A stretch of DNA of 64,000 nt, taken from NCBI RefSeq assembly GCF_006345805.1, contig NC_043020.1, positions 25,668,001 to 25,732,000 on the forward strand, given 5' to 3'. Positions 39,240-53,211 of this stretch are shown here, one piece after another. Both the position numbers and the translations under genes were made by a program. The DNA is from Octopus sinensis. Taxonomy: Eukaryota. The notes under the pieces were generated by a model that saw nothing but the letters and a program-made list of their open reading frames with translations, ran no database searches and was not told where the DNA came from. How positions within the stretch are numbered: the stretch's first letter is position 1; each line of letters starts with the position of its first letter.

Positions 39240-39590
39240 TCTTTTAATTTTATCTTTTACTTGTTTCGGCCATCGAGCTGCGACCATACTGGAGCAGATC
39301 CTTGAAGGGTTTTACTTGAATAAATTGGCCCCAGTACCTAGCTTTTTAAGTTTGTTATTTATTCCATCATACTATAGCCTGGAGGGACAAAGACAAGCAC
39401 TCAAACATATACATACATGTGTGTGTGTGTGTCCGACGAGCTTCTTTCAGTTTCCGTCTACCAAATCCACTCACAAGGCTTTGGTCGGCCCGAGGCTATA
39501 GTAGAAGACACTTGCTCAAGTTGCCACGCAGTGGGACTGAACCCGGAACCATGTGGTTGGTAAGCAAGCTACTTACCACACAGCCACTCC
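39240..39590 (-). mobile_element. SINE family B (young head and body, diverged tail)
   Basis: Near-consensus head and body at 39435-39590. Confidence 0.8.
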
Positions 39591-40133
39591 AATATATGAC
39601 TATTTGAAATTTGATTTGAAAAGCATTAAAAAAACCCTGCAAATGTAATTTAACATTTCCAAAAACAAATAAACGATTTCAGATGGAAATGGTAAATTAT
39701 GTAAGAGATTGGATTTTTGTTCTCAGTTCTGGAGTATAAAACCGAAAGTATATAGGTGAGTATAAGATACGTTTTAGTCTTACATATATAATTTGCAGCT
39801 GTGTTCTATCTTTAAATGATTAAATAAATACTCTTAATGCGTAAAGAAAATAACTTCGATCAAAATGCTAATTTGGATTGCAGGATCGTATCAGACTATA
39901 ACTGTATTAAAAAGATATATTCTGAAAATTCTAAATACCATAGAAGGAAAAAAAAAAACGAAAACAATCATGTATTGAAATTGTGAACTTAATAGAGAGA
40001 ATATGCAACTACGAAGAAATAGCAAACGAAATAAACAGAAGGAAATGGAATACAATAGTATTTTTAAAAATGGAGAACATGAGCCCTCACGATAAACGTA
40101 ATCTGCGATAAAGAAAATAAATAAATAAATATA

Positions 40134-40280
40134 GGCGCAGGAGTGGCTGTGTCGTTAGTAGCTTGTTTATCAACCACATGGTTCCAGGTTCAGTCCCACT
40201 GCATGGCACCTTGGGCAAATGTCCTGTACTATAGCCAAGGGCCGACCAAAGCTTTATGAGAGGATTTGGTAGACGTAGTG

Positions 40281-40355
<75 letters not shown>

Positions 40356-40570
40356 TTATCTCTCTATCTTTCTCTATCTATCTATCTAAATATACATTTA
40401 TATGCACATATATAAGTGTATGTTTGTCTGTGTGCGTGTGTTAGTGTTTGTGCGTGTGTTCTATGGGTTTGAATTTGTACCCCACCATCATCTTTTTTAC
40501 GTTTTTGTAACATAGCAGTTCGGTAAAATAGATCAATAGAATAAATTCCAGACTTTAACGAAAAAAAAAG
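40134..40570 (+). mobile_element. SINE family B with internal (TCTA)n
   Basis: GGCGCAGGAGTGGCTGTG head and tail remnant GCAGTTCGG..GATCAATAGAATAA. Confidence 0.75.
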
Positions 40571-41298
40571 AAAAAAAGCTAAAAATCTAAGCGCTAGGAT
40601 CCTTGTGTTCAAATGAATACTTCAATAAAATGGCTGCTATCCAATGAACGAGACAAGTAGAAGCTATAAGAAACCAGATAATGAAAAATATTTAAGAATA
40701 GCCATTCTAAAGATAGACATTTTAATGTGACAATAATGCAAAGGTAGAAGTCGTAAAATAATTAAAATCAATAGAAGATATTTTGTGGAGCAATGAAAGA
40801 CCATCCCAAAGATAGGATTTAATGATAGGAATAACAAGTCTCTCGATAAAAACACCACCAAATCTGACTACCATCGTTGTCTGAGTGAAAACAAATGCAA
40901 AAATCAATATCACCAGAATAAAGCAAATATTCTTTGCAACAGATATAGTATCCACAAAGGGAAATGTGTACGTCTCGAAAACTACTTCTGTCTGAATATC
41001 TAAATCCAAGCAAACATCTTGGAGAATAAGGATATAGAAAAATATAGAAAAATATAGAAAATATATTACAATCTTTAATGAAATCAATAACATAAAGGAA
41101 CAAGGGAAAAACGAATGGAAAAAAGATTTGGAGACAAATAAAAACAGTTGTTGGGGGAGGAATGCTACAGAGACATAACATAACGCAAAGAATAATGTAC
41201 TCGAAATGGAAGAAGTGTTGGGATACGATACCATCGATCAATCGTAAATAATCTGTTGTTGTGAAGAAGAGGAAACAATTCCTTAAACAAAACAAACA

Positions 41299-41484
41299 AT
41301 GGAATTCAAGCCCAAAAGATTTAATCAGACTCTTGGAGAAAGAAAAGATGCATTTTTTTGTAGATCGAAGAACAAGAGATGTAGAATAATTTTGGTTTGG
41401 ATTATGGACAATGTGGGAATCACCAAAAACGAAATTGCTAGCAGGAAGAACTCAAAAAGAAAAAAATCAAGCAAAATGAAGTAG
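41299..41484 (+). pseudogene. Possible decayed RNase H C-terminus of a non-LTR retrotransposon
   Basis: IILVWIMDNVGITKNEIASRKNSK resembles the I.L.W.P.H.GI.GNE.AD..AK motif; the catalytic H and D are lost. Confidence 0.4.
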
Positions 41485-42030
41485 TGCCTCACTTGAAGAA
41501 TTGAGGAGAGCAACAGCACAAAAAAAAAATAAATGATGGAACTTATTAATAACTGGAAAGCGCCCAAGTATTGACATTTTCCCGAAAAACTTGTGATTGG
41601 AATATTAGGAGTCGCACTTAAATGTACAGCATAAAGTATGTATGTATAGAAAATAAATACAGTTTGAGTCAAAAGTTTCGCAGTATTTTGGAAACATAAG
41701 CTTTATCAGTCAAGTTAGAACAAAAGCAGTCTAGCTAATAGCTTCGGTGAAGGAGTTCTTCACGTCGAAGGATTAGAACTGGTATCAGTGTAAGATAAAA
41801 GAATCGGCCCTCCTCCTTGAATACCTTACTGCTTGAATAAAGCAAATGCCTTTCCGAAATATTGCAAAATGTTTTCCTCAAGACTTTAGAAAAGATACTT
41901 AAGATAATAAATGACTTCATACCAATGCGAATATAAATTTAGGAATCCTTATTAGAATAGAAATATCAAATGATATAATGAATTATATATTATATATTCC
42001 AATTGTAGACAAAGAACTTTCCAGAAAATA

Positions 42031-42190
42031 AGGAGTGGGTGTGTGGTAAAAAGCTTCCCTCCCAGCCACATGGCTCTGGGTTCAGTCCCTCTGCGTGGCA
42101 CCTTGGACAAGTGTCTTCTACTATAGCCTCGGGCTGACCAAAGCCTCAACAGTGGATTTGATAGACGGAAACAGAAAGAAGCCCGTTGTA
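42031..42190 (+). mobile_element. SINE family B head and body
   Basis: AGGAGTGGGTGTGTGGTAA...GGCACCTTGGACAAGTGTCTTC. Confidence 0.75.
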
Positions 42191-42206
42191 CACACACACA
42201 CACACA

Positions 42207-42530
42207 GATTCCCAAACCGGGCGTTGTGAGTGTTTATTGAGCGAAAACACCTAAAGTTCTACGAGGCTCCGGCAGAGGTTGGTGGCGAACCCTGTTGTAC
42301 TCTTGCGTCACAACTTTCTCTCACTCTCTCTTCCTGATTCTGCTGTACCTGTATTTCAAAGGCCCAGCCTTGTCACACTCTGTGTTACGCTGAATCTCTC
42401 CAAGAACTACATAACATGTACACATGCCTGTGGAGTGCTCAGCCACTTGCACGTTAATTTCACGAGCAGGCTGTTATGTTGACCGGATCAAATGTAACGC
42501 TCGTCGTCGTAACCGACGGAATGCCACGAT
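42207..42530 (+). mobile_element. 5'-truncated SINE family C
   Basis: Aligns with 44480-44800. Confidence 0.8.
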
Positions 42531-42795
42531 ATAAACAGTAAACTGTTATGCAGATACTAACTAAAGAATATATAATTAAATCACATCATTGTTCTTTTTA
42601 TTTTGGTTGTTTCCGTTCTGTGTTGTCTGTTGTACTGCAAACTAATCCGTGCTTTGTTTAGATCCAGAAACACATCATATTTCCTATCAAATTGTTTGCC
42701 AGTCCCTCGTTTAACGCTTCTCGCCTTCGAACAAAAGGAGAATTCTGTGAGTTGTCTGGCTGTATCATTCTCTCGGCGTGAAGCAACCAGTTCTA

Positions 42796-42796
<1 letters not shown>

Positions 42797-42827
<31 letters not shown>

Positions 42828-43320
42828 AGAAAGAGAGAGAGAAATGAAGAGTGAGGGGGGATAGGTGATGGGGGAAGGCGGGAGAGAGAGGAAAGAGGGG
42901 AGGAAGAAGGTGAGAGAGATAGGAGAGAGGGAGAAGAGGAGAGAGAGAGAGGAGAAGAGGGTGAAAGATGTAGAAAGGAGAAGAGAGAGAGAGAGAAAGA
43001 GAAAAATTAAGAGAGAGGAGGAACGGGTGATGTGGAGAAAGCGGGAGAGAGAGAGGAAAGGGATGATGGGGAGAAGGCGAGGAGAGAGAGGATAAGGTGA
43101 AAGCAGAGGAGGGAGGGGGAGGAAGAAGGTGAGAGAGAGAGGATAGAGGGAGAAGGCAGGAGAGAAAGATGTAGAAAGGAGAAGAGAGAGAGAGAGTGAG
43201 AAGACGTGAGAGAGAGAGCGGGAGAGGAAGAAGGTTGGAGAGAGGGAGGGGGAGAAAGAGAAGGCGAGAGAGAGATGTAGAGAGAGAGAAATAAAAAGAG
43301 GGAGGGGAGACGGAGAAAGA
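42797..43320. repeat. Purine-rich (GA)n-like low-complexity tract
   Basis: Directly visible. Confidence 0.9.
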
Positions 43321-43491
43321 CTATGTGAGCAAAATACGAATCAATCACATGTGTAGATATCGATTAATAAGAATGAAAGGCAAAGATGACATCGGCGAGA
43401 TGTGAATTTAGAGATCCAGAACAACATTACAAGAATGCGAAGGATCTTAGCTGATGATCTAAAGGCTGTGACAATTTACCGATTTACGAGT

Positions 43492-43785
43492 GGAATATAT
43501 TCCAAGGGAACCATTTCTGCCTTTTTCTGAATGGCTTTAACGAGGTCATTCAATGATACGATAAATCAGACTGACTGTGGAAATAAATACCATGGAAGAT
43601 AAATCAACAATCTTTTGTCAATGGATGACTTAAAGTAATACGTTGTAGATGATTAGGAACAACAAAACACCACTATAAGTAGAACGCGGAATTGCAATTG
43701 TAATTATCATGGTATTCGATTGACAATGAATGGACGAAGGAAACCTGTGAATGAACGAAATTAATAACAAAATAAGATACCAAAA
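43492..43785 (+). pseudogene. Decayed RT fragment of an R4/Dong-like LINE
   Basis: GIYSKG...TDCGNKY..INNLLSMDDLK*Y corresponds to GIFQGD...GY...INHLLYMDDLKLY, with stops. Confidence 0.6.
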
Positions 43786-43885
43786 NNNNNNNNNNNNNNN
43801 NNNNNNNNNNNNNNNNNNNNNNNNNNNNNNNNNNNNNNNNNNNNNNNNNNNNNNNNNNNNNNNNNNNNNNNNNNNNNNNNNNNNN
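43786..43885. other. Assembly gap (100 N)
   Basis: Run of 100 N; the true size is unknown. Confidence 1.
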
Positions 43886-44416
43886 CCATACATACATACA
43901 TACATATATACATACATACAGAAAGGAGACAATCTTCAAAGAAATCTGGAGTGGAGCCCCGTAGGCGGTTTAGTGTTCGACTCAACACTCTTCCGGCAGA
44001 TCCTGCAACCAAGCTGGTGCCAAACGTAATGCTCTGCATTCCTTTGGACTACGTCAGCAAGGTCTAGAGAGGAATCCTGATGATTGGGCTACCCAGGATT
44101 TTCTTACATCTAGCCCTTGCCTGCGGCGCAAAACTGGAGAGGAAACTGGAAGAGGACACAAAATGTAAAAACTAGACTGGATTAGTTTATGCACAACTCC
44201 ATTGTCTCCGAGACAAAAGGATGCCAACATCTTTGAGAAGGAAGGCAGACAATTTCGATGACATTTTGCAAGGTGTCCCAGACTGATGAGACAAAGCTGG
44301 TATCACCCAACCGAAAACAGAATTAACTCTGAAAATGGAGCTAAGAGTCTGATCGTGGCAATGCTAAAACTAGAAGATCAAGTAGTTACCAAGTAATGGC
44401 TGGTAGAGCCTCTTAT

Positions 44417-44807
44417 TGTGGAGGCGCAATGGCCCAGTGGTTAGGGCTGCGGACTCGCGGTCGTAGGATCGCGGTTTCGATTCCTAGACCGGGCGTTGTG
44501 AGTGTTTATTGAGCGAAAACACCTAAACCTCCACGATGCTCCGGCAGGGGATGGTGGTGATCCCTGCTGTACTCTTTCACCACAACTTTCTCTCACTCTT
44601 ACTTCCTGTTTCTGTTGTGCCTGTATTTCAAAGGGCCAGCCTTGTCACTCTCTGTGTCACGCTGAATATCCCCGAGAACTGCGTTAAGGGTACACGTGTC
44701 TGTGGAGTGCTCAGCCACTTACACGTTAATTTCACGAGCAGGCTGTTCCGTTGATCGGATCAACCGGAACCCTTGTCGTCGTAACCGACGGAGTGCTTCC
44801 ATCCATC
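44417..44807 (+). mobile_element. Full-length young tRNA-derived SINE, family C, with a 12-bp TSD
   Basis: A box TGGCCCAGTGG, B box GTTTCGATTCC, (CCAT)n tail. TSD AGAGCCTCTTAT at 44405-44416 and 44808-44819. Confidence 0.9.
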
Positions 44808-45923
44808 AGAGCCTCTTATGTCTAACTCTAGCGAATTTCGGCAGCTCACGCCTGTGATAGGGTAGTTTTAGCATACTGGCTGTGCAAGTGAGTTGAACTA
44901 AGAATCGTTTATTTGCAAAGAGGGTTTCTTAATTGCCCAGCTATCTAAACGGCCGTTCATAACTGGTTAGAGTGGTAAATATTACAAATTATTAATCACT
45001 TCTAGATGAATGTTTCTGATAATACAAAGAACGAAATACAGGAATAATAACGTTTATGTATGAATTATGGCAAACATCTAATCGAAATAGAGATCTTTGA
45101 GACTGAAAAGAGAAGGAAAGTAAAAAGAGAAAATAAGGAAGAGAAAATTGCCTGCTGCCTTGGTAAGAAATCAATAAGGAATTAATTTGAAATGATGTTG
45201 AACAAAACTACTTGGTAAATTTTCGAGAGAGGAACAAATACGAGTGTCTCTCATTTCAGTTCAGTTCCTAAATGGTTGAATCCCATTTCGTTTCTCTTCT
45301 TTCTTTCTTTCCTTCTTTTTTTTTTGTATGTGCATTCTAAGTGTTTGGTTCAATGGCCGTTTTAATGCTGATGTTAGTGTTAATTTTAATAATATCAGTA
45401 ATAGAGAAGCGTTGAGTGAAGTAATTTTCCTATCGGCCATTTAAATACTGTTCTACATAATAATAAATATATATAAAAAAAAAGAGGGGGTGAAAAAGAA
45501 AGCTAGACTATTTGGTTTGAAATATTGTGCCTGTATATCGATTAACGCTATATCAAGAGAACGATCAAATAGCTTGTCAGAAGAAGAAGAAGAAGAAGAG
45601 GTGGGGGGTTCGGCGAAACAAATTCCAAATTTGAAGGCGGTGGAGCGGATGGAGATGGGCAGGTTTATAGCAAGAGTTAAAACGAAAATAATTTTCGCAA
45701 AGCAATAAAGAAATTTGGAAAGCGATTGAAGTAAAATGAAAAGGAAGAGAACTTAATGATTGATAGCTGAATGAAGTTCACCATTTTGGAGAGGCACCAG
45801 ACAAAAGTCACAAATAAACAGCTATATATATATACATACACATATATACATTTTCGCACACATGTATACTACATACGTACGTACATACATATGCATATAT
45901 ATATGTGTATATATATAAACATA

Positions 45924-45975
<52 letters not shown>

Positions 45976-46649
45976 TATGTGTATATATATATATATATAT
46001 GTAGTTGTTATTGGCGGTTTAATTCTTGTTATTGTTTATTTTCTCTTTTCCAATTTTGAAACTTGAAATAAAACAATCAAGTCAAACCTATCCCTCTCCA
46101 AAATGATGGAGCATGAGAGGCAGAATTAATTATCGTTATGAAAAATACAAAACAAAACAAAACAAACGAAAAAATTACAGCGTTTTTGCTTTTACAACTT
46201 TCCTATTGTACTGCAAATATTTAATGTCAAATAAACTCATTTAAGATTTTACAATAATTGAAATGCAAATAGCTTATTGAAATCTTTCCCTATGAAATTG
46301 GCCGAAAAATTTCGCTAGCATAAATTATGTTTTTTAGATAATCAACATTGTGTTCCAATATATTTAGAATTTTCAACAGAATCAAAGGCAATCAAATATG
46401 CCGCTCATTCTACGAGTAGAAAGAAGGAAAAATAGTAGAATATCAGTCGGTTTGATAGAAGAGAATAAACATTTCCTTGGTAAAGTTGAGGGCATCGAGT
46501 TTGAAATAAAAATAAATATAAGCAGCATGAGCGCCGTATAACACTATTTTCCTCTCTGTTATAGCTCAGAAATGTCTTTTTTAAAATGATTTAGAAACGA
46601 TTTGAGCATCTATCGATACGTAGATAATAGCGCATGATTATTATTATTA

Positions 46650-46713
<64 letters not shown>

Positions 46714-46723
46714 TATATATTCT

Positions 46724-47398
46724 ATGTTTGACTTTTGCTTTATATTTGTACAAGTTGGCTCCAAGTCTCACCCAGAGACCTCAGAGGACAACAGGTTGGA
46801 AGTTCATGTTGTTGTTATGCCTAGTGTGCCATATATTGGGGGGGGGGAGTTTTGGTGTTGTACTAATGAATGTCTAAAAAAAAAAATTTTTTTTTTTTAA
46901 AACCGAAAATTATGTTTGTTTTAAACCTTGAGATTACATAGGTATCTGAGTTAGGTAGCTATCAGCCCCTTTTGCTATCATTCCCAGGGCACCTATGACA
47001 ACAGGTATTGTTTTAGTCTTCAGGTTCCACATTTTGCTGATTTTTATTTCAAGATCTTTATATTTGCTCAGTTTTTGGTAGGTCTTGACAGATACGTTTA
47101 TATCGATTGGGACAGTCATATCAATGAGGAGGCATGTTCTTTGTTTGAAGTCTTTCAATATGATGTCTGGCCTATTTGCATCTATCTTTCTGTCAGTTTG
47201 AATGGTGAAGTTCCAGAGGAGTGAGATGTGGTCATTTTCAAGCACTGGAGGTGGTTTGTGTTCCCACCAGTTTTTTTCATGGGGCAAATCCAGGTTTTTG
47301 CAGATTACCCGGTGAATATATTGTGCAGCTCTATCGTGTCTGTTGAGATACTCTGTAGGCGCTAGAAGACTGCACTTGGAGACCACATGGTCAATGGT
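46724..47398 (-). mobile_element. 5'-truncated R4/Dong-like LINE (REL domain and full 3' UTR) in (TAA)n
   Basis: TIDHVVSKC..RHD..NRPDIILKD..IDMTVP, near-identical to the 35.2-35.7 kb copy. It has a small C-terminal deletion, and both ends lie in TAA repeats. Confidence 0.92.
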
Positions 47399-47412
47399 TA
47401 TTATTATTATTA

Positions 47413-47471
<59 letters not shown>

Positions 47472-47492
47472 ATAATAATAATAATAATAATA

Positions 47493-47939
47493 ATGTTTGA
47501 CTTTTGCTCAATATTTGTACGAGTTGATTCCATGTCACACCCAGAGACCTCAAGAGACTACAATTTAGAAGTTCATGTTGGTGTTATGCCTAGGGTGTCA
47601 TATATTTCGTTTTTGCACATTGTATTACTCTTGAGAATTTTTAAGGAAACAAAAACGTTTATTTTAAAATATGAGATTATACAGTAATTTACGTAGGATA
47701 TGGACAGTTCCCATGAGCACTATCTGTTGAATGTCTGCCCTTTTGATCTTTCCTGGTATCTGAGCTAAGTACGAATCAGCACATTTTGCTATCATTCCTA
47801 GGGCACCTATGACAACAAGTATTGCTTTAGTCTTGAGGTTCCACATTTTACCGATTTCTATTTCACGATTTTTACACTTGCTCAGCTTTTGGTGGGTCAC
47901 GACAGATACATTTATGTCGATTGGGATAGCAATATCAAT
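47493..47939 (-). mobile_element. Older 5'-truncated R4/Dong-like LINE 3' fragment in (TAA)n
   Basis: IDIAIPIDINVSV..LVVIGALG..QQIVLMGTVHILRKLL; the 3' UTR ends in CAAAAGTCAAACAT like the neighbouring copy. Confidence 0.88.
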
Positions 47940-48067
47940 GATTATTATTATTATAATTATCATTATTATTATTATTATTATTAATAATTATTATTATTTT
48001 ATTATTATTATTATTACTACTACTACTACAACTACTACTACTACTACAACTACTACTAATACTACTG

Positions 48068-48100
<33 letters not shown>

Positions 48101-49335
48101 TTATTATTACTATTATTATTATTAATATTATTATTATTATTACTACTACTACTACTCAATAAGCATCAAGCAAAGAAAAAGACCGAACTAAACAAAACAA
48201 ATTGTGCAAACCGGATGCAATTCCTTCACAAAGCGCAAACAAAACTGAACTGAGAAAAAAGAAGAAAACAAAGGGCGAAAAAGAAAAACATATATACAGA
48301 TAAGTATTTACAGAAACCAAAAAAAAAAAAAAGAAAATTATACTGTTATAATAGTTAGCAAACAAGATCTCATAAAATGATATGTACATTAAAAAACGAT
48401 AAAAAAATCTGATAAAAATAGAAAAAAAAAGGGAAAACGACAAAAACCGGAAAATAAAACACGTGAATACAAATTTTTTAAAAAGCAAACACAAACAGAA
48501 TCAACTTAATGAAACGTATGATTCCTGGCATAAGAATGAATATGCTGCAAGTTTGGTACCGAAAGAAAACAATGCCCACCTGTCGCTCGCTGCAGCGTGA
48601 AACTCAAGAAACGAGAAGAAGTATTCAATTTAAATAACCAACTCACTATACATCACGTATTGCGAACTTTCTTTTTTTGCCAATAAACTGTAACATTTTA
48701 ATGTACGAAAGTAGGCGGAAGTTTTTGTATTGTATGTCTGTGTGTGTATGTATAACTATGAATAATTATCGAAATAGTCTGAGGACAATTTAAAATCAGT
48801 CACAAAGGCATGAAAAATAACGTGCATCGTGTCACAATTAAAAGAAAACACCTGTTTTTGCGTTCATACCAAGCAAATAATAGCGAACATACTTCAGTGT
48901 TTTTTTGCTCAACTCCAATTAAAGATAACGGCATGAGAAAGAAAATGGTGACTTAAAGGTAGTTATAGTGGGTGAGAAAGGTAATGGAGAGAGTGAGAAA
49001 TAGAGAGAGAAAGAAAAGGAGAAAGAGAAAGAGAGACAGAAGTTAGGATAGAGTTGATTCGAAGAGAAGGGAGACATTTATTAATATCTGAACACACACA
49101 CACAATTACATATACTCCTACGCATACATACATACATACATAGATACATGTATGTATGCGTGCATGCACGCAGGTATGTATGTATGTATGTATGTATGTA
49201 TGTATGTATGTATGTATGTATGTATGTATGTATGTATGTATGCATGCATGTAGGTTGGTCGGTAGGTAGGTAGGTAGATTTCGTGATATCTGCCAATTAA
49301 ACAATTTGATTTCGATTCTGAAAAATATATGTTCA

Positions 49336-49376
<41 letters not shown>

Positions 49377-49669
49377 CTCTCTCTATATATATATATACAT
49401 TAGCACACACACACACACACACATACACATGCACGCACACACACACACATACGCACACACGCACACACGCACACACGCATATTTTATACATAGACCTTCT
49501 TACATTCTTGATTGAAAATATTTATACTAATATACACACATATAGTTTTGGTGCATGTAGTAAGTATTCATATATATTGACGATGGATATACTCATGTCT
49601 CATATTATAAGGAAGAACATAAGTAATAGATGCCCATGCATACACATTTACTCACACACACACACACTC

Positions 49670-49733
<64 letters not shown>

Positions 49734-49740
49734 TAGTGCT

Positions 49741-50060
49741 CGCAGGAGTGGCTGGGTGGTAAGAAGTTTGCTTCCCAAACATATGATCCTCTGTTCAGTT
49801 CCAATGCGTGGTATCTTGGGCAAGCCACCTCTACAATAGCTTCGGGCCGACTAAAGCCTTAGTTTTGTCTCCGACTACCGCTCAACAACCGGTGTTGTCA
49901 TGTTTACCTTCCTGTAACTTAGCAGTTCAGCAAAGCGACAGATAGAATAACTACCAGGATTTAAAATATAAAAACAACAATTTCTTGAGGTGATTTGTTC
50001 GACTAAAATACCTTCAGGGCGGCGCCCGAACATGGCCGCTGTCAAAATATTGAATGAACT
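49741..50060 (+). mobile_element. SINE family B with internal deletion
   Basis: CGCAGGAGTGGCTGGGTGG head and tail motifs. Confidence 0.7.
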
Positions 50061-50258
50061 AAGCCGTAATGAATCTCTCTCCCACTCTCTCTCTGTCTGT
50101 CTCTCTCTCTCTCTATACATATATATATATATGTATATATATATATGTATATATATATATAAATATGCATATATATATGTATATATGTATATATGTATAT
50201 ATATATATATATATAAATATGCATATGTATATATGTATATATATATTGCATATATGTA

Positions 50259-50289
<31 letters not shown>

Positions 50290-50355
50290 CATATATATAT
50301 ATAAATATGCATATATTATATATATGTATATATCTATATATATATATAAATATGC

Positions 50356-50412
<57 letters not shown>

Positions 50413-50759
50413 TAATATATACGTATGTATAATGTCTTTATGTCTAGTTGAAATTCTATACTTCTAAATCAACTGGATACAACATAGTGTGTGAACACGG
50501 ATATTAAATTTAATATTCATATGAAACGACAAACCTTCAGACTTCACCCTTTCATGAGTTACATACATAAATATATGTGGAGCGTCCTAGAGTCATACAT
50601 ATTTATATCTTTGCGATTATCATTCGCGTGGGGATGTTTTTGTCTTTTAGTTTCTTCAAGAAAGGGAAAGCAAATGGTAAACAGCCAGAGCTATAAAATA
50701 TAAATAACAATAATTATATTGATAAAATTTAAAATTACAATTATTGCAGTAATAACAGT

Positions 50760-50762
50760 TGC

Positions 50763-50830
<68 letters not shown>

Positions 50831-51260
50831 TAACAACAACAATAACAATAATGATAATAATGATAACAATATTATTGGCAACAATAAGGAGAAGAAGAAG
50901 AAGAAAGAAGAAGAAGAAGAAGAAGAAGAAGAAGAAGAAGAAGAAGGGGAATGATAAAAGATGAAGGAGAAATAGAAGAGGAGGAAGAAGGAGAAGAAGA
51001 GGAAAAAGAAGGAGAAAAAAAAGAAGAAAAAAAAGAGGAAGTAAAGAAAAAGAAGAGCGAAAAGGAAGAAGAAAGAGGATGGCGAAGAAGAAAAAGAAGA
51101 ACTGGACGGAGAGGAAAAAGAAGAGCGAAAAGAAAGAAGGAGAAGGAGAATAAAATGAAGAAAAAGGAGAAGAAGAGGAAGAAGAAGATGAAGATGAAGA
51201 ATGATATTGATGATAATAATAATAGTAACAAATGAAAGAACAACAAAAATAATGATGATT
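50760..51260. repeat. (AAT)n/(AAG)n low-complexity tract
   Basis: Directly visible. Confidence 0.9.
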
Positions 51261-51470
51261 AGGGTAATATATCGATACACGGTTTGTAATATCTCTTGGT
51301 GAATAAATCTAAATAGATTAATAATTTTTAAGTGTTACAGGTCGTTAAAAATGCGATGAATTTATTAACTGAAAACATGAACCAAGCTGTATCGGATTCA
51401 TATATGTAGAGGAGAGTCACGAACTATGCACGAAACCTTCAACCAGATGTTGTTATGTTATGTATGATAT

Positions 51471-51655
51471 AAGGCGGAGAGTTTGCACACTCGATAGCAA
51501 AGCTGGGCGAAATGCTTAGCGTAATATCGTCAGTCGCTACGTTCTAAGTTCAAATTCCGCCGAGGTCGAATTTGCCTGTCATCCTTTCAGGTTGTCGATA
51601 AATAAGTACCAGGGAAAAACTGGGGTCCACGAAATCGAATATCCCCTCACTAAAA
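51471..51655 (+). mobile_element. SINE family A
   Basis: AAGGCGG head and AGTTCAAATTCCGCCGAGGTCG body. Confidence 0.75.
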
Positions 51656-51663
51656 AATGCTGC

Positions 51664-51712
<49 letters not shown>

Positions 51713-51839
51713 GTATATATATTAAATACGCACATACACACACATGTACGCATATGTATATATGTATATTCTGTATATTCTGGTTAAAACATCGATCTGC
51801 CCGATTGAAATTATACACACAAATGCATATATATATATA

Positions 51840-51904
<65 letters not shown>

Positions 51905-51955
51905 CTGTGTGTGTGTGTGTGTATATCTGTGTGTATATATATGAATATATATATC

Positions 51956-52002
<47 letters not shown>

Positions 52003-52587
52003 GTACAGAGAGAGTATGAGATAGAGAAATAGACAGATATACCTACATATAATCGTAAACCCAGACAGACAGTCACATATATATGTGTATGTATATATAT
52101 TTGTGTGTGTATATATATACATATATTACATACCGCACACACATCCTCAAATATACACACACACACACAATCAAACAAACACACACCTACATATATGGTA
52201 TTAATCGCGTTTTTCTTCATTTTAAACTAATCGTTTAATATCGATTCACTTAGCTGTCGTATTACGAGTCTTGCGATCGAAGAGATAACGAGATTTCTCT
52301 TAAATTGAAACCAGTCTCTCCGGAATATCAGATTCATTTTCTTTAAAATGTCCTCATGGGAAGTTGCGAAGTAGCTATTACACATTTACTCGTTTTAAGC
52401 ACTTACAATGGTTCACGAGAAAAAAAGCACCCCAATGATTCTATAAAGTCAAGCATTAATGCATAAGTGTATATGTCTATATAATGCCTTTATGTACATA
52501 TGCATATGTCTATAAGTATGTATCTGTTTGTCTGTCTCTCTATCTCTATATTTATCTATGTACCTATGTTTCTATCTATCTATCTAA

Positions 52588-52673
<86 letters not shown>

Positions 52674-52696
52674 CTATGTATGTATATATATATATA

Positions 52697-52894
52697 GGGG
52701 AATTTACGAAAAAAACAAAAGACGAAGACAGGTGGTGTAGAAAACAAACAGATGTATTAGTACAACGCTCAGGAATAGAAAAAGTATTTTAAGTTTCGAG
52801 CCTACGCTCTTCTACAGAAAGGGACACAGAAAAAACAAGGGGCGAAACAAAGAGAGAAAAAAAATGTGTGTAGTGTCTAACGATTTATCATGGC

Positions 52895-52898
<4 letters not shown>
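52697..52898 (-). mobile_element. Short element between (TA)n tracts with an HHR-like variant motif (52788-52820)
   Basis: The minus strand reads TTT-CTGTAGA-A-GAGC GTAG GCTC-GAAA-CTT-A-AAA. It shares ACGCTCAGGAA and overall layout with 25560-25763. Confidence 0.6.
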
Positions 52899-52949
<51 letters not shown>

Positions 52950-53121
52950 CCGTGAGAGTTAGAGGTTGGGAAGCCAACCAACTAAGAGATAGTACCTATC
53001 CAATATACTGCTGGTAGTGTGCCCAATTATTAATGCCCAAGTGCTGGTTATGGTGTGGCAATCTCAAATCGAGTGTCATATATGTTCGGGGGCAAAAAGT
53101 GGTTTACCGTATCTATCTATC

Positions 53122-53211
<90 letters not shown>

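Noticed and set aside
44281-44335. CTGATGAG...GAAA spacing reminiscent of an HHR
   Set aside because: Stems I and II do not pair.
43886-44404. More GC-balanced unique sequence after the gap
   Set aside because: Probably a TE remnant, but I could not assign any motif. It needs BLASTx.
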